Assembly (NCBI GenBank): GCA_021629085.1
Contig: JAJXRJ010000006.1
Coordinates: 6,660-70,659 of the forward strand
From: Oscillospiraceae bacterium
GTDB lineage: Bacteria > Bacillota > Clostridia > UMGS1810
DNA: 64,000 nucleotides
Direction of reading: 5' to 3'
Positions 38,641 to 49,996 of this stretch are shown piece by piece (the first letter of the stretch is position 1; every line of letters begins with the position of its first letter). The notes beneath the pieces are model-generated. The model worked only from the letters and a program-made list of their open reading frames with translations. It searched no databases and was not told where the DNA came from. Both the position numbers and the translations under genes were made by a program.

Positions 38641-38671
38641 AACTAAAACTTGGAAAGGGGCGGATGGAACC

Positions 38672-39706
38672 ATGGAACTGAGTGAACGCAAACGGCGCAT
38701 TTTGCGCGCGGTTGTGGACGACTATATCCGCACTGCAGAACCGGTGGGTTCCTCCTATATTTTAAACCAACATAAATTTGGCATCAGCTCAGCCACGATT
38801 CGCAACGAAATGGCAGACTTGGAAGAGCAGGGCTACCTTGACAAGCCCCACACCTCTGCCGGACGTGTGCCGTCGCTGTTGGGCTACCGCGTATATGTGG
38901 ATGAGCTCATGCAGCAGTATACCCTCACCATGCGGGAAATTGCCCTCATGCGCGAGGCGCTCTCCAAGCGGTATTTAGAGCTGGGGAATATTGTAAACGA
39001 TATTTCCAACACCATTTCGCACTTAACCAACCTCACCACACTGGTTTCCACCCCTGTGGCCAAGGCCAACCGGCTTAAAAGCATCCGGTTTGTGCCCATT
39101 GACGATGTGAGCTTTGTGATGCTTTTAGTCACAAGCGAGGGCGTGGTGAAAAACACCACGATCCGCGCAAAAACGCCGGTGGATGCACAGATCTTAGAGC
39201 GGCTGGGAAACTACTTAAACAACGTGTTTTCTGACACAGAGCTTTCGTCTATTACAAAAGAGGCGTTAGATTCGCAAAAAGAAATGATCCCCATGGCGGA
39301 TGACCTCATCACCCCCATTTTTGACTACCTCTACCGCGCAACGCATGCGCTTTCGGGATTTGACGTCATCCACTGCGGCGAAAACAGCATTTTTGATTAT
39401 CCCGAATTTCAAAGTGTGGAGCGCACCAAAGGCTTTTTTGAATTGCTGCGGCATATGGATAAAGACATCATCCAAAGCGCGCTTTCTGAATCCAGCGGTA
39501 CAGTCAGCATTTTAATGGGGGACGACAACCCGCGCTTAAAAGAGCTGGGACTGAGCGTTGTGCTTTCCAAATACAGCATAGACGGCAAGGGAAACGGCGG
39601 TATTGCCATCATTGGCCCGGCGCGGATGGACTATCCCAGAGTGGTGGCCATGCTGGACTTTTTGTCCGATAATCTGCACAAATACTTAAACGATAGCGAG
39701 GAATGA
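38672..39706 (+). CDS. hrcA: Heat-inducible transcription repressor HrcA
   Basis: 344 aa (MELSERKRRILRAVVDDYIRTAEPVGS...), upstream of grpE. Confidence 0.95.
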   Translation: MELSERKRRILRAVVDDYIRTAEPVGSSYILNQHKFGISSATIRNEMADLEEQGYLDKPHTSAGRVPSLLGYRVYVDELMQQYTLTMREIALMREALSKRYLELGNIVNDISNTISHLTNLTTLVSTPVAKANRLKSIRFVPIDDVSFVMLLVTSEGVVKNTTIRAKTPVDAQILERLGNYLNNVFSDTELSSITKEALDSQKEMIPMADDLITPIFDYLYRATHALSGFDVIHCGENSIFDYPEFQSVERTKGFFELLRHMDKDIIQSALSESSGTVSILMGDDNPRLKELGLSVVLSKYSIDGKGNGGIAIIGPARMDYPRVVAMLDFLSDNLHKYLNDSEE

Positions 39707-40281
39707 CAATCATGAGCAAAAAAAAGCAGGCGGATACGCCGGAAAAGGAAACCGCTGCGGCGGATACCACGCCTGAAACGGCATCCGCTGCGGATGTACA
39801 AACAGAGGAGGCGCCCGATGCGGCAAATCCAGACCTTTTGCAGACGCTTGAAGAGAAGGAAACAGAATTAAAAGAACAGGCGGATAAATATTTGCGGCTT
39901 TTGGCGGAATACGACAACTTCAAAAAACGCACTGCGCGCGAAAAAGAGTCCATCTACATTGATGCGGCGGGCGACGCCATTTTGGCGCTGCTGCCAGTGC
40001 TTGACAACCTTGAGCGCGCACTGGATACAAAGGATGAAAAAGAAAGCCCGCTTTACAAGGGATTAGAACTGGTGTATAAGCAGGCAAAGGAAACCTTTTT
40101 GAAGCTGGGCGTCAAAGAGACTCCGGCGGTGGGTGAAGAATTCAACCCTGAGCTGCACAATGCGGTGATGCATATAGAAGATGATACCGTCACCGAAAAC
40201 ACCATTGTGGAGCAGTTTCAGAAGGGATATACGTATCAGGGCAAAGTGCTGCGGTACAGCATGGTAAAAGTGGCAAACTAA
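39703..40281 (+). CDS. grpE: Nucleotide exchange factor GrpE
   Basis: 192 aa with an acidic N-terminal region and GrpE core (YLRLLAEYDNFKKRT..., FNPELHNAV). ATGA overlap with hrcA. Confidence 0.95.
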   Translation: MTIMSKKKQADTPEKETAAADTTPETASAADVQTEEAPDAANPDLLQTLEEKETELKEQADKYLRLLAEYDNFKKRTAREKESIYIDAAGDAILALLPVLDNLERALDTKDEKESPLYKGLELVYKQAKETFLKLGVKETPAVGEEFNPELHNAVMHIEDDTVTENTIVEQFQKGYTYQGKVLRYSMVKVAN

Positions 40282-42144
<1,863 letters not shown>

Positions 42145-42157
42145 GAACCCATTAAAA

Positions 42158-42190
42158 AACAGCAAGGGCATTTTGGCCCTTGCTTGTTTG
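42158..42190 (+). terminator. Intrinsic terminator/attenuator between dnaK and dnaJ
   Basis: AGCAAGGGC (42161-42169) pairs with GCCCTTGCT (42176-42184), followed by TGTTTG. Confidence 0.55.
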
Positions 42191-42238
42191 CGCAAATGTG
42201 GGGCGCCGACACTATCAATAGAAGCGGAGTAAACATGT

Positions 42239-43384
42239 ATGGCGGAAAAACGAGATTATTATGAGGTCCTGGGCGTGCCGCGCGGCGCGTCGGACGATGA
42301 AATTAAAAAAGCATACCGCAAGCTTGCCAAAAAATACCACCCGGATGTCAACCAGGGCAACCCCGATGCCGAGGCCAAGTTTAAAGAGGTCAACGAGGCC
42401 TATGAGGTGCTGGGCGATTCGGGCAAGCGTGCGAAATACGACCAGTTTGGCCATGCGGCGTTTGAGCAGGGCGGCGCAGGCGCGGGCGGATTTGGCGGGT
42501 TTGGCGGCGGATTTGGCGATATCGATTTGAACGATTTGTTCGGCTCCTTTTTCGGCGGCGGGTTTGGCGGCCGCGGGCGCAATAAAAATGCGCCCAGAAA
42601 GGGTGCGGATGTGTCGGAATCGGTGGTGCTCACCTTTGAAGAAGCGGCGTTTGGCACCAAAAAGCAGATCAAGATCTACCGTGTGGAAGACTGTGACGCG
42701 TGCGGCGGCAAAGGCACCAAGGACGCCTCTGGCAAGAAGCAGTGCCCGGCCTGCGGCGGCACCGGCGAGGTGCGCAATGTCACCAACACCATCATGGGGC
42801 AGATGGTCAACGTCACCACCTGCCGCAACTGCGGCGGCACGGGCACCATTATCACAAACCCATGCTCCAAATGCCGCGGCCGCGGCAAGGTGAAGCGCCC
42901 GCGCACAGTGGAGGTGAAAATCCCCGCCGGTATTGACAATGGCGAAACCATTGCACTGCGGGGGTTGGGTGACCACGGCGTAAACGGCGGGCCCAAAGGC
43001 GACCTTTTGGTGACGGTGTCCATCAAGCGGCACGCCATCTTTGAGCGCCGGGGCACCGATGTGTATTGTACTGTGCCCATCACGTTTGTGCAGGCCGCGC
43101 TGGGCGGTACTATTTTGGTGCCCACGCTGGACGGCAAGGTGGAGCACCAAATCCCCGAGGGCACGCAAACCGGCACCAGCTTCAAGCTGCGCGGCAAGGG
43201 CATTCCCAACATCCGCACCGGCGTGCGGGGCGATGAAATTTTAAAAGTAGAGGTGGAAGTGCCCCAGCACATGACAAGCGAGCAAAAGCAGGCGCTCAAA
43301 AAGTTTGGCGAACTCACCAACGATGCCAATTACAAGTCACAAAAGGGCTTTTTTGAAAAAATGAAGGATTCTTTGGGCCTTTGA
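42239..43384 (+). CDS. dnaJ: Molecular chaperone DnaJ
   Basis: 381 aa with a J domain (DYYEVLGV...HPD), a G/F-rich linker and four CxxCxGxG zinc-finger repeats. Confidence 0.97.
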   Translation: MAEKRDYYEVLGVPRGASDDEIKKAYRKLAKKYHPDVNQGNPDAEAKFKEVNEAYEVLGDSGKRAKYDQFGHAAFEQGGAGAGGFGGFGGGFGDIDLNDLFGSFFGGGFGGRGRNKNAPRKGADVSESVVLTFEEAAFGTKKQIKIYRVEDCDACGGKGTKDASGKKQCPACGGTGEVRNVTNTIMGQMVNVTTCRNCGGTGTIITNPCSKCRGRGKVKRPRTVEVKIPAGIDNGETIALRGLGDHGVNGGPKGDLLVTVSIKRHAIFERRGTDVYCTVPITFVQAALGGTILVPTLDGKVEHQIPEGTQTGTSFKLRGKGIPNIRTGVRGDEILKVEVEVPQHMTSEQKQALKKFGELTNDANYKSQKGFFEKMKDSLGL

Positions 43385-43395
43385 TACGGCGAATA

Positions 43396-43436
43396 ATTAA
43401 TAACCCTCGTCCACACCGGACGGGGGTTATTTTTTA
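43396..43436. terminator. Bidirectional intrinsic terminator between the convergent dnaJ and ribU genes
   Basis: TAATAACCCTCGTCC-ACACC-GGACGGGGGTTATTTTTT. Confidence 0.75.
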
Positions 43437-43443
43437 TATAAAT

Positions 43444-44103
43444 TTAAATCACGCCCTGCAGCACCAGCACCAGCAATACGATGGATGCAAGAATGAGCAG
43501 GGATACCAAAATCACACCCACGCTGACGCGCCCCTGGGCGGGTACGCCGTCGCGCTTTGGCAGCAGGTTGGCCCGCCGGAGGCCGTTGACCAGCGGCTTG
43601 TAGAGCAGCATGGTGATGGCGGCGTTTAATGTGCTCTTTATGAGGTTAAACGGCAAAAATCCCGGCAGCAGCATGGCCGCCACAGCCTCGCGCGGATAGT
43701 TTAAATACAGCGGCGTGATAAAATAGTTCCACAAAAGCATCACCAGCGTCATGAGCACCACGCCCGCCAAAAGCCCCAAAACCGCGCCCTTTTGTGTGCG
43801 GTTTTTTTTGTATATTGCAGCGGCCGTGCACGCAAATGCGCAAGTGGAAAGCACGTTCATCAAAAGCCCAATGGGCCCTGTGTCGCTCACGGTGAGCATT
43901 TCCACCACCGAAACCACCAGAGAGATGAAAAACGCCGCCATAGGCCCAAACAGGAACCCACCGATGGTGATAACCACGTCTTTGGGGTCGTATTTTAAAA
44001 AACCCACTGCGGGAACAAGCGGGATGCGCCCCACCATCATCACAAGATAGGAGAGCGCACACAGCGCCGCCAAGGTTGTGAGTGTTTTCGTTTTGTTTTG
44101 CAT
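43444..44103 (-). CDS. ribU: ECF transporter S component for riboflavin (RibU-like)
   Basis: Start MQNKTK at 44103; the ORF-track extension to 44313 is the riboswitch. Multi-TM protein with RibU-like segments (LKYDPKDVVITIGGFLFGP, FLPFNLIKS), preceded by an FMN riboswitch. Confidence 0.8.
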   Translation of the reverse strand: MQNKTKTLTTLAALCALSYLVMMVGRIPLVPAVGFLKYDPKDVVITIGGFLFGPMAAFFISLVVSVVEMLTVSDTGPIGLLMNVLSTCAFACTAAAIYKKNRTQKGAVLGLLAGVVLMTLVMLLWNYFITPLYLNYPREAVAAMLLPGFLPFNLIKSTLNAAITMLLYKPLVNGLRRANLLPKRDGVPAQGRVSVGVILVSLLILASIVLLVLVLQGVI

Positions 44104-44132
44104 AAAAATTACCCCCTTAAATTTTATTTGCA

Positions 44133-44168
44133 AATAAAAACGGCTGAAAAACAAAGGTTCTTCAGCCG
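44133..44168 (-). terminator. Terminator stem of the FMN riboswitch expression platform
   Basis: The minus strand reads CGGCUGAA-N12-UUCAGCCG followed by UUUUUAUUU, 30 nt upstream of the ribU start. Confidence 0.75.
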
Positions 44169-44204
44169 CATTTTGCGAAAATCCCCGGCCTTTTCCCGCG
44201 TGGG

Positions 44205-44330
44205 AAAAAGCCCTGCCTTTTCTCATCCAGACTGTACTGTCGGTTTTGGAATTGCACCAAATCCTGCGCAAATTTTGCGCTCGCGGACTGTCACCGCCGG
44301 TCGGGAATTGCACCCTGCCCCAAAGACACC
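44205..44330 (-). promoter_or_regulatory. FMN riboswitch (RFN element)
   Basis: The minus strand reads CUUUGGGGCAGGGUGCAAUUCCCGACCGGCGGUGACAGUCCGCGAGCGC...GGUGCAAUUCCAAAACCGACAGUACAGUCUGGAUGAGAAAAGG. This contains the conserved RFN blocks. Confidence 0.92.
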
Positions 44331-44355
44331 TGTTATGAAATTTTGAAAAAATTGA

Positions 44356-45375
44356 TTACCGCTGCACCCGGCCTGAGCCGTCGCCGCCCATGAGCGCCTT
44401 TACCTCAGAAACGGTCACTTCGTTAAAATCGTGCTCAATGGTGTGCTTGAGCGCCGAAGCGGCCACTGCAAATTCAATGGCATCCTGATTGGAATACCCT
44501 TCTGACAGCGCATAAATCAGCCCGCCGCCAAACGAATCGCCGCCGCCCACCCGGTCCACAATGTGAATCAGGTAGTTTTTAGAGAAGAAATATTCGCCAT
44601 CTTTGTAGAGCATGGCGGCCCAGTTGTTGTCGTTTGCCGAAATGCTGCCCCGCAGCGTGATGGCCACGGTGGGAATGGAAAACCGCTCAGAAAGGGTTTT
44701 TGCCACTTCTTTGTAGCCCTCGTGCGACAGCTTGCCGCCGGTGATATTGGTGTTTTTGGCTTTTATGCCAAACACTTTTTCACAATCCTCCTCATTGGCA
44801 ATGGCCACGTCCACATAGGGCATCAACTCGCCCATCACCTGGCCAGCCTTTTCGCTGGTCCACAGGTTTTTGCGGAAGTTTAAGTCACAGCTTACCGTCA
44901 CACCCTTTGCCTTGGCGGTTTTCACCGCATCGAAACAGATGGCTGCCGCGTTGTCGCTCAGCGCCGGCGTGATGCCGGTAAAGTGAAACCACGCTGCGCC
45001 GTCTAAAATGGCGTTCCAGTCAAAGTCGCCCGGCTCTGCCATGGAAATGGACGAATATTTGCGGTCGTAAATGACCTTAGAAGCCCGCTGTGCCGCGCCC
45101 TTTTCCACAAAATACAGACCCAGACGCTCGCCGCCAAACACCACGTCTGACACGTCCACATCGTGCGCTTTTAGGCTGCGCAATGCAGATTTGGAAAGGT
45201 CATTGTCCGGAAGCTTTGTGACAAACGCCGCGTCCTTGCCGTAGTTTGCCAGCGAAACTGCCACGTTGGCCTCGCCGCCGCCAAAGGAAAGTTCCATGGC
45301 CTCCGACTGCACAAACCGCTGATACCCCATGGGGTTTAACCGCCCCATGATTTCTCCGAAGCAAACAAATTTCAT
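44356..45375 (-). CDS. kdgK: 2-dehydro-3-deoxygluconokinase (PfkB family sugar kinase)
   Basis: 339 aa, KdgK-like (MKFVCFGEIMGRLNP..., GGGEANVAV, C-terminal DRVGGGDSFGGG). Confidence 0.8.
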   Translation of the reverse strand: MKFVCFGEIMGRLNPMGYQRFVQSEAMELSFGGGEANVAVSLANYGKDAAFVTKLPDNDLSKSALRSLKAHDVDVSDVVFGGERLGLYFVEKGAAQRASKVIYDRKYSSISMAEPGDFDWNAILDGAAWFHFTGITPALSDNAAAICFDAVKTAKAKGVTVSCDLNFRKNLWTSEKAGQVMGELMPYVDVAIANEEDCEKVFGIKAKNTNITGGKLSHEGYKEVAKTLSERFSIPTVAITLRGSISANDNNWAAMLYKDGEYFFSKNYLIHIVDRVGGGDSFGGGLIYALSEGYSNQDAIEFAVAASALKHTIEHDFNEVTVSEVKALMGGDGSGRVQR

Positions 45376-45402
45376 ATGTATATTCTGTCCTTTCTAAATA
45401 AG

Positions 45403-45915
45403 TTATACAAAGAGGGAAAATCCCGGCATCCGCATTAAATAGAGGATGCTGCCTAAAATAAGCCCCAGTGATACAAGTGCAAACAGCAGCAAAATAACTG
45501 CCAAAACCGGACGCTTGGGCTGCTTTTCACTGCGTTTTAAGGTGTGGTATAAAAAGCTGCCCACCCAGTAAACTGCCGTGGCCGCCACCGCAATCCACAC
45601 AGCCAGGTTAGCCGGCGGGAAGTTGACGCCGTGCAGGTAGTAAAAGCACACTGAAAACACAAAGGAAAGCATGGCGTATTCTGCCAGATAGTAATTTTTT
45701 TTGAGCGCCATGAAAGAAAACACCACGCCCAAAACCCAGCTCACAATGGAAAGCGTCATCATGGCGTTATAGGCAAACAAAATGCCGGACACGTTTTTGT
45801 TAAACGTGTTGTAAACAAAAAACAGAAGGGAGAACAGCGCCAGCGAAATGACGGTTGCCACCAGGCACGCATTGGTATGATACTGCTTTGCCGCCTTGTT
45901 TGTTTGACTGCTCAT
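45403..45915 (-). CDS. Integral membrane protein, function unknown (about 5 TM segments)
   Basis: 170-aa hydrophobic ORF with a 4-nt overlap with rsmE upstream and 27 nt before kdgK. I recognise no motif. Confidence 0.6.
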   Translation of the reverse strand: MSSQTNKAAKQYHTNACLVATVISLALFSLLFFVYNTFNKNVSGILFAYNAMMTLSIVSWVLGVVFSFMALKKNYYLAEYAMLSFVFSVCFYYLHGVNFPPANLAVWIAVAATAVYWVGSFLYHTLKRSEKQPKRPVLAVILLLFALVSLGLILGSILYLMRMPGFSLFV

Positions 45916-46688
45916 AAAATCTTATCTCCTTTTTTGGATGAGGTTACCGGCTCCCAGCCGCCCAGTTCATATAACAGCACGGACAACACTGCCGCGCCCG
46001 CCGTTTCGGTGCGCAAAATGCGCGGGCCGAGCGACACCAGAGACCATCCGTGGTTTTTCGCAAATTCCGCTTCTTTTGGATCAAACCCGCCTTCCGGGCC
46101 AATAAAAACTGCCGCGGTTTTAGGCGTTTTTTGAAGCAGCACAGGTTTTAGCGAATGTGCGCGGTCCTCTTCATAGGGGAATAGCTTTAAATCACAGCCT
46201 TCCGCGTCTAAAACCGCCTGTTCAAACGGCAAAATCCCGCTCACTTCGGGCAAAATGCCCCGGCCGCACTGCTTGGCCGCCTCGTGTGCAATTTTTTGCC
46301 AGCGCATGCACTTTTTTTGCCCGTCTTTGGGCCTTGCCACCACCCGGCGGGTGTCCACCGGCACAATGCGGCAAACGCCCAGCTCCACACAGCGCTTCAC
46401 AATGCCGTCCATCTTGTCCGACTTGGGCAGCCCCTGATAGAGCGTTACTGCTGTTTCCGGCTCTGCGTCCGCGCGGCGTACTTCTTTTACCGAAAGCAAA
46501 ACTGCACTGCGGCCTGCCGATACAATTTCGCACACATAGTCGTTTTGCGCCCCGTCGCACACGGTCACACAGTCGCCGGCACAAAGCCGCAGAACCGATG
46601 TGATGTGCACGGCATCCGGCCCGGTAATTTCCACACGGCCGTTTAAAAATGCCGCAGGGTCTGCAAAAAACCGATGCAAAAAAGCCAC
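45912..46688 (-). CDS. rsmE: 16S rRNA (uracil1498-N3)-methyltransferase RsmE
   Basis: 258 aa with an N-terminal PUA-like segment (HRFF...HITSVLR) and a C-terminal SPOUT motif (IGPEGGF...LGPRILRTETA). Confidence 0.88.
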   Translation of the reverse strand: MAFLHRFFADPAAFLNGRVEITGPDAVHITSVLRLCAGDCVTVCDGAQNDYVCEIVSAGRSAVLLSVKEVRRADAEPETAVTLYQGLPKSDKMDGIVKRCVELGVCRIVPVDTRRVVARPKDGQKKCMRWQKIAHEAAKQCGRGILPEVSGILPFEQAVLDAEGCDLKLFPYEEDRAHSLKPVLLQKTPKTAAVFIGPEGGFDPKEAEFAKNHGWSLVSLGPRILRTETAGAAVLSVLLYELGGWEPVTSSKKGDKIL

Positions 46689-46774
46689 CTCCGTTTGGTT
46701 TCAAACCGCATGAGCCTATTATAGCACAAAAAGGCACGGCAAATCAAGGGATTTTTCATTTTTTTCCACAGCAC

Positions 46775-46811
46775 AAAAAAAGCGGGCATCCCCAAAAAGG
46801 GGACTGCCCGC
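46775..46811 (-). terminator. Intrinsic terminator after the 632-aa secreted protein gene
   Basis: The minus strand reads GCGGGCAGUCCCC-UUUUU-GGGGAUGCCCGC followed by UUUUUUU. Confidence 0.8.
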
Positions 46812-46834
46812 ACATGCGGCAGACAAAAAGGGAT

Positions 46835-48733
46835 TTAAAGGGCGGAATTGGAAAAGAAGATGATATCTATTGCTTTTCCATTGTATGATTTGACCAGGGC
46901 ATAGGTGTCGTCATCAATCCAAAATTCCGGCGAAAATCGGAAATTCCGTTCGGTTCCAGTAAACTGATAGACATTGGCGCCTGCAAATGAAAAGGTCTGC
47001 AAATTACTTGTACTGGGGGTTTTAGACACCTCTGAGAATACTTCCAGCGCAAATGTCTTTGCTGTGCTTTCCTGCACTTTCCCAAAATAATACGCGTCTT
47101 CCCGCGCTGTTTCGGCGTGCCGGCCTGCAAAGTCTGGGTCAAAGGAAAACCATGGCTGGCCGGATGAGAAGGCCATAATACCTACAGGAAGATACTGTTT
47201 CACGAAATCTTCGCTGGTAATCGCCATAAACACCGAACCTGCATCAAAAAAAGTAGAAAGGCCATCTGGCTGGGAGTCTTTGGAAACGATCAGCTGTTGC
47301 TGCGGTTCGCAGTTTTTTAACGTCTCCAGGAGATAGATTTCATCATTAGATTCACCAAGTGCCATTGTCCGGCCGTTTACGACGTACAGCGGTGCGTCAA
47401 ATGGAATGTCTGAGATGCCTTCTGCCCGGAACGCAGCAATGCGGCCATAGATGTCGATATAAAATATGCCGGTGGCAGTGAGGTAAATCTCATTTTTCCC
47501 CAATAGGAGCCGCTCATTATAAAATGGATATTTTTGTCCCCCAATGGTAACAACTGTCGAGTTTTCAGTGTCATCGTACACCTCGACCTCGCCTGTAATC
47601 GTTGCATCTTTGCGCACAATTGCGCGCCAGATTTTTCCGCCCGGCGTGCCGACAGCACACAGCAAATCATCTGATTTAAGCGCAGACGGCGAAAGGATAT
47701 TCCGGTCTTCGTCAACAAAAATTGCGTCCGCCTGCGGAAGGGGAAGTGAAAGCGCTCCCTCTGCCGACTGCAGTGTTATCAAATCGGCGTCTGCCGAAGA
47801 GACCAGGTAGTTTTTGGAATCCTCCGCCAAAATCAGTTCGTATTGGCCGTCGCCTTCTGCGTCTACACAGGTGAAATACGAAAACAGGATGTTTATATCA
47901 TCCAGGCTGGGAACTGGTTGATAGTCATATAAAATGGTATGGTCCAAAGCGATAGGGATCGTAGTAGGCTGGGAATCGTCTGCCGCAAAGTATTGCAGCT
48001 CGGTAAGCGGATTTTGGTATGGCTCTAAAGCAATCCCTTGAAATTTCGCCACAGCGCAGGTGGGGAGAAAATACAAAAGCTGGTTTTGTTCCTGAAGATA
48101 AAATTTCCCGCTTTGCCCCAAAAGGTCGGAATAGTCGCGCTGGGGCTGTATAATCTGTTGCACGTCTTGGCCGCCTGCCGTGTCAAACGCGACAGTCAAT
48201 TCACGAACGTTGCTGGGGGCATGGCCGTTTAGGCCGACAAATTGATTGGCCACAAGCGTTCCGGTTTTTACCGCCACACCGTAGCGGTCAAAAAGGCTTG
48301 GAATTTCCACTGCTGCGCCTGGCGCAATTTGCAGCTTCGGCATGAGCGGTACCAGCGAGCTTGCCTCAAAAAGATAAATTTGTGTCACAACCGGCTCGTC
48401 CGTCTGTGGGACATTCAGCGACATGGGAAGTGTCTCAGAGCCTTGTATTGTAAATGTTTTTGCATCCGCCGCTAAAAGTGCGCCGCTTTCTTTGCCTTTT
48501 GCTGCAAGCACCACCGTGTAGTCACCGCTGCAAAAGGCGGCAGTTTCTACCAGAAGGTCTGTTGTTGCACCGGAGGCGACAATGTTTCCGGGAACTTTTG
48601 GAAAGACCCCTTCAATCACTGCGGCGGGCAAGTTTTTCTGCGGCTGTGATGAAATCGCCAGGGTGGGAACTGCGGGGAGCAGCAGGAAAATGGCCAACAG
48701 CCACGCAACTTGTTTCCGCAAGGTTCGCATCAT
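46835..48733 (-). CDS. Large secreted protein of unknown function
   Basis: Start MMRTLRKQVAWLLAIFLLLPAVPTLAISS (signal peptide) at 48733. 632 aa with no motif I recognise. It has its own terminator. Confidence 0.7.
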   Translation of the reverse strand: MMRTLRKQVAWLLAIFLLLPAVPTLAISSQPQKNLPAAVIEGVFPKVPGNIVASGATTDLLVETAAFCSGDYTVVLAAKGKESGALLAADAKTFTIQGSETLPMSLNVPQTDEPVVTQIYLFEASSLVPLMPKLQIAPGAAVEIPSLFDRYGVAVKTGTLVANQFVGLNGHAPSNVRELTVAFDTAGGQDVQQIIQPQRDYSDLLGQSGKFYLQEQNQLLYFLPTCAVAKFQGIALEPYQNPLTELQYFAADDSQPTTIPIALDHTILYDYQPVPSLDDINILFSYFTCVDAEGDGQYELILAEDSKNYLVSSADADLITLQSAEGALSLPLPQADAIFVDEDRNILSPSALKSDDLLCAVGTPGGKIWRAIVRKDATITGEVEVYDDTENSTVVTIGGQKYPFYNERLLLGKNEIYLTATGIFYIDIYGRIAAFRAEGISDIPFDAPLYVVNGRTMALGESNDEIYLLETLKNCEPQQQLIVSKDSQPDGLSTFFDAGSVFMAITSEDFVKQYLPVGIMAFSSGQPWFSFDPDFAGRHAETAREDAYYFGKVQESTAKTFALEVFSEVSKTPSTSNLQTFSFAGANVYQFTGTERNFRFSPEFWIDDDTYALVKSYNGKAIDIIFFSNSAL

Positions 48734-48877
48734 AAAAAAGCACCCTTTCTTTTGGAAATTTTCTAAAAAAATTCCATTTTTCTTTATTGTATACGAATGA
48801 AAGTGAATTGTAAATAGACAATACGGAATATTTATGCGAATAAAGCTACATATTATTAAATAAAATTCAAAAAGTGC

Positions 48878-48905
48878 TTGCAATTTAAAAAAAAAAGAGT
48901 ATAAT
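48878..48905 (+). promoter_or_regulatory. Sigma-A-type promoter of argC-argB
   Basis: TTGCAA (48878-48883), 16 nt, TATAAT (48900-48905). Confidence 0.5.
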
Positions 48906-48952
48906 GGAACAAGAACCGGTGTATAGATGCGCTATAGAAAGGATGAACGAAA

Positions 48953-49996
48953 ATGGCAATACGAGCAGGCGTTTTAGGCGCCACCGGCTATGCCGGCATA
49001 GAAACCGTGCGGATTCTCTCCACCCATCCGGAGGTGGAGCTCACCACTGTGGTTTCCAAAAGTTTTGCGGGAAAGCCTATAAGCGAGGTGTATCCCAGCC
49101 TAAGCCGTGTGGTGGATTTGGTGTGCGAGGAAATAGACGTGGAGAAAATTGCAAAAACTTGTGACGTGGTGTTTACCGCACTGCCCCACGGCGCGTCCAA
49201 GGAAATCATTCCAAAGCTGTATGACGCAGGGCTTTGTGTGATTGATTTAAGCGGCGATTTCCGCTATAACGACCCCGCGGTGTATGAGCAGTGGTATGGT
49301 GCGCCCCACAGCGCGCCCGAGCTTATGCAAAAGGCGGTGTACGGCCTTTGCGAGCTGCACAGGGATGACATTGCAAACACCCGCATTGTGGGCAACCCCG
49401 GGTGTTACACAACCTGTTCCATTTTGGCGCTGGCGCCGCTTTTAAGCTATGGCGCGGCCGACCACAAAAACATCATTATCGACGCAAAATCCGGCGTGAC
49501 GGGCGCGGGACGCACCACGGTTTTGGACTACAGCTTTTGCGAGTGCACGGAAAATATGCGGGCGTATAAAATCGCCACCCACCGGCACACGTCAGAAATT
49601 GAGCAGGAGCTGTCCCTTTTGGCAAATGACGACATTTTGGTGTCGTTTACGCCGCATTTGGTGCCCTTAAAGCGCGGCATTTTGGCCACCTGCTATGCAA
49701 ACCTTTCGGGCACATACACCGAAGAGGATTTATTGAAGATGTACCATGAATTTTACAAGGGCGAATATTTCGTGCGCGTGCTGCCACTGGGCAGCCTGCC
49801 TGAAACCAATCACGTGGCGGGCAGCAATTTTATCGATATCGGCTTAAAACTGGACAAGCGCTTAAACCGTGTGGTGGTGGTGAGCGCCATTGACAATCTC
49901 ATCAAAGGCGCGGCGGGCCAGGCCGTGCAAAATATGAATATCCTGTTTGGCTTGGACGAAACGGCAGGACTTGCAAATGGAGGGTTTTATTTATAA
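48953..49996 (+). CDS. argC: N-acetyl-gamma-glutamyl-phosphate reductase
   Basis: 347 aa (GATGYAGIE, active-site NPGCYTT). Confidence 0.95.
   Translation: MAIRAGVLGATGYAGIETVRILSTHPEVELTTVVSKSFAGKPISEVYPSLSRVVDLVCEEIDVEKIAKTCDVVFTALPHGASKEIIPKLYDAGLCVIDLSGDFRYNDPAVYEQWYGAPHSAPELMQKAVYGLCELHRDDIANTRIVGNPGCYTTCSILALAPLLSYGAADHKNIIIDAKSGVTGAGRTTVLDYSFCECTENMRAYKIATHRHTSEIEQELSLLANDDILVSFTPHLVPLKRGILATCYANLSGTYTEEDLLKMYHEFYKGEYFVRVLPLGSLPETNHVAGSNFIDIGLKLDKRLNRVVVVSAIDNLIKGAAGQAVQNMNILFGLDETAGLANGGFYL

Noticed and set aside
48850-48872. ArgR ARG box in the argC upstream region (AATAAAATTCAAAA).
   Set aside because: Only the ATTCA half aligns with the TNTGAATWWWWATTCANW consensus. The other half has four mismatches.
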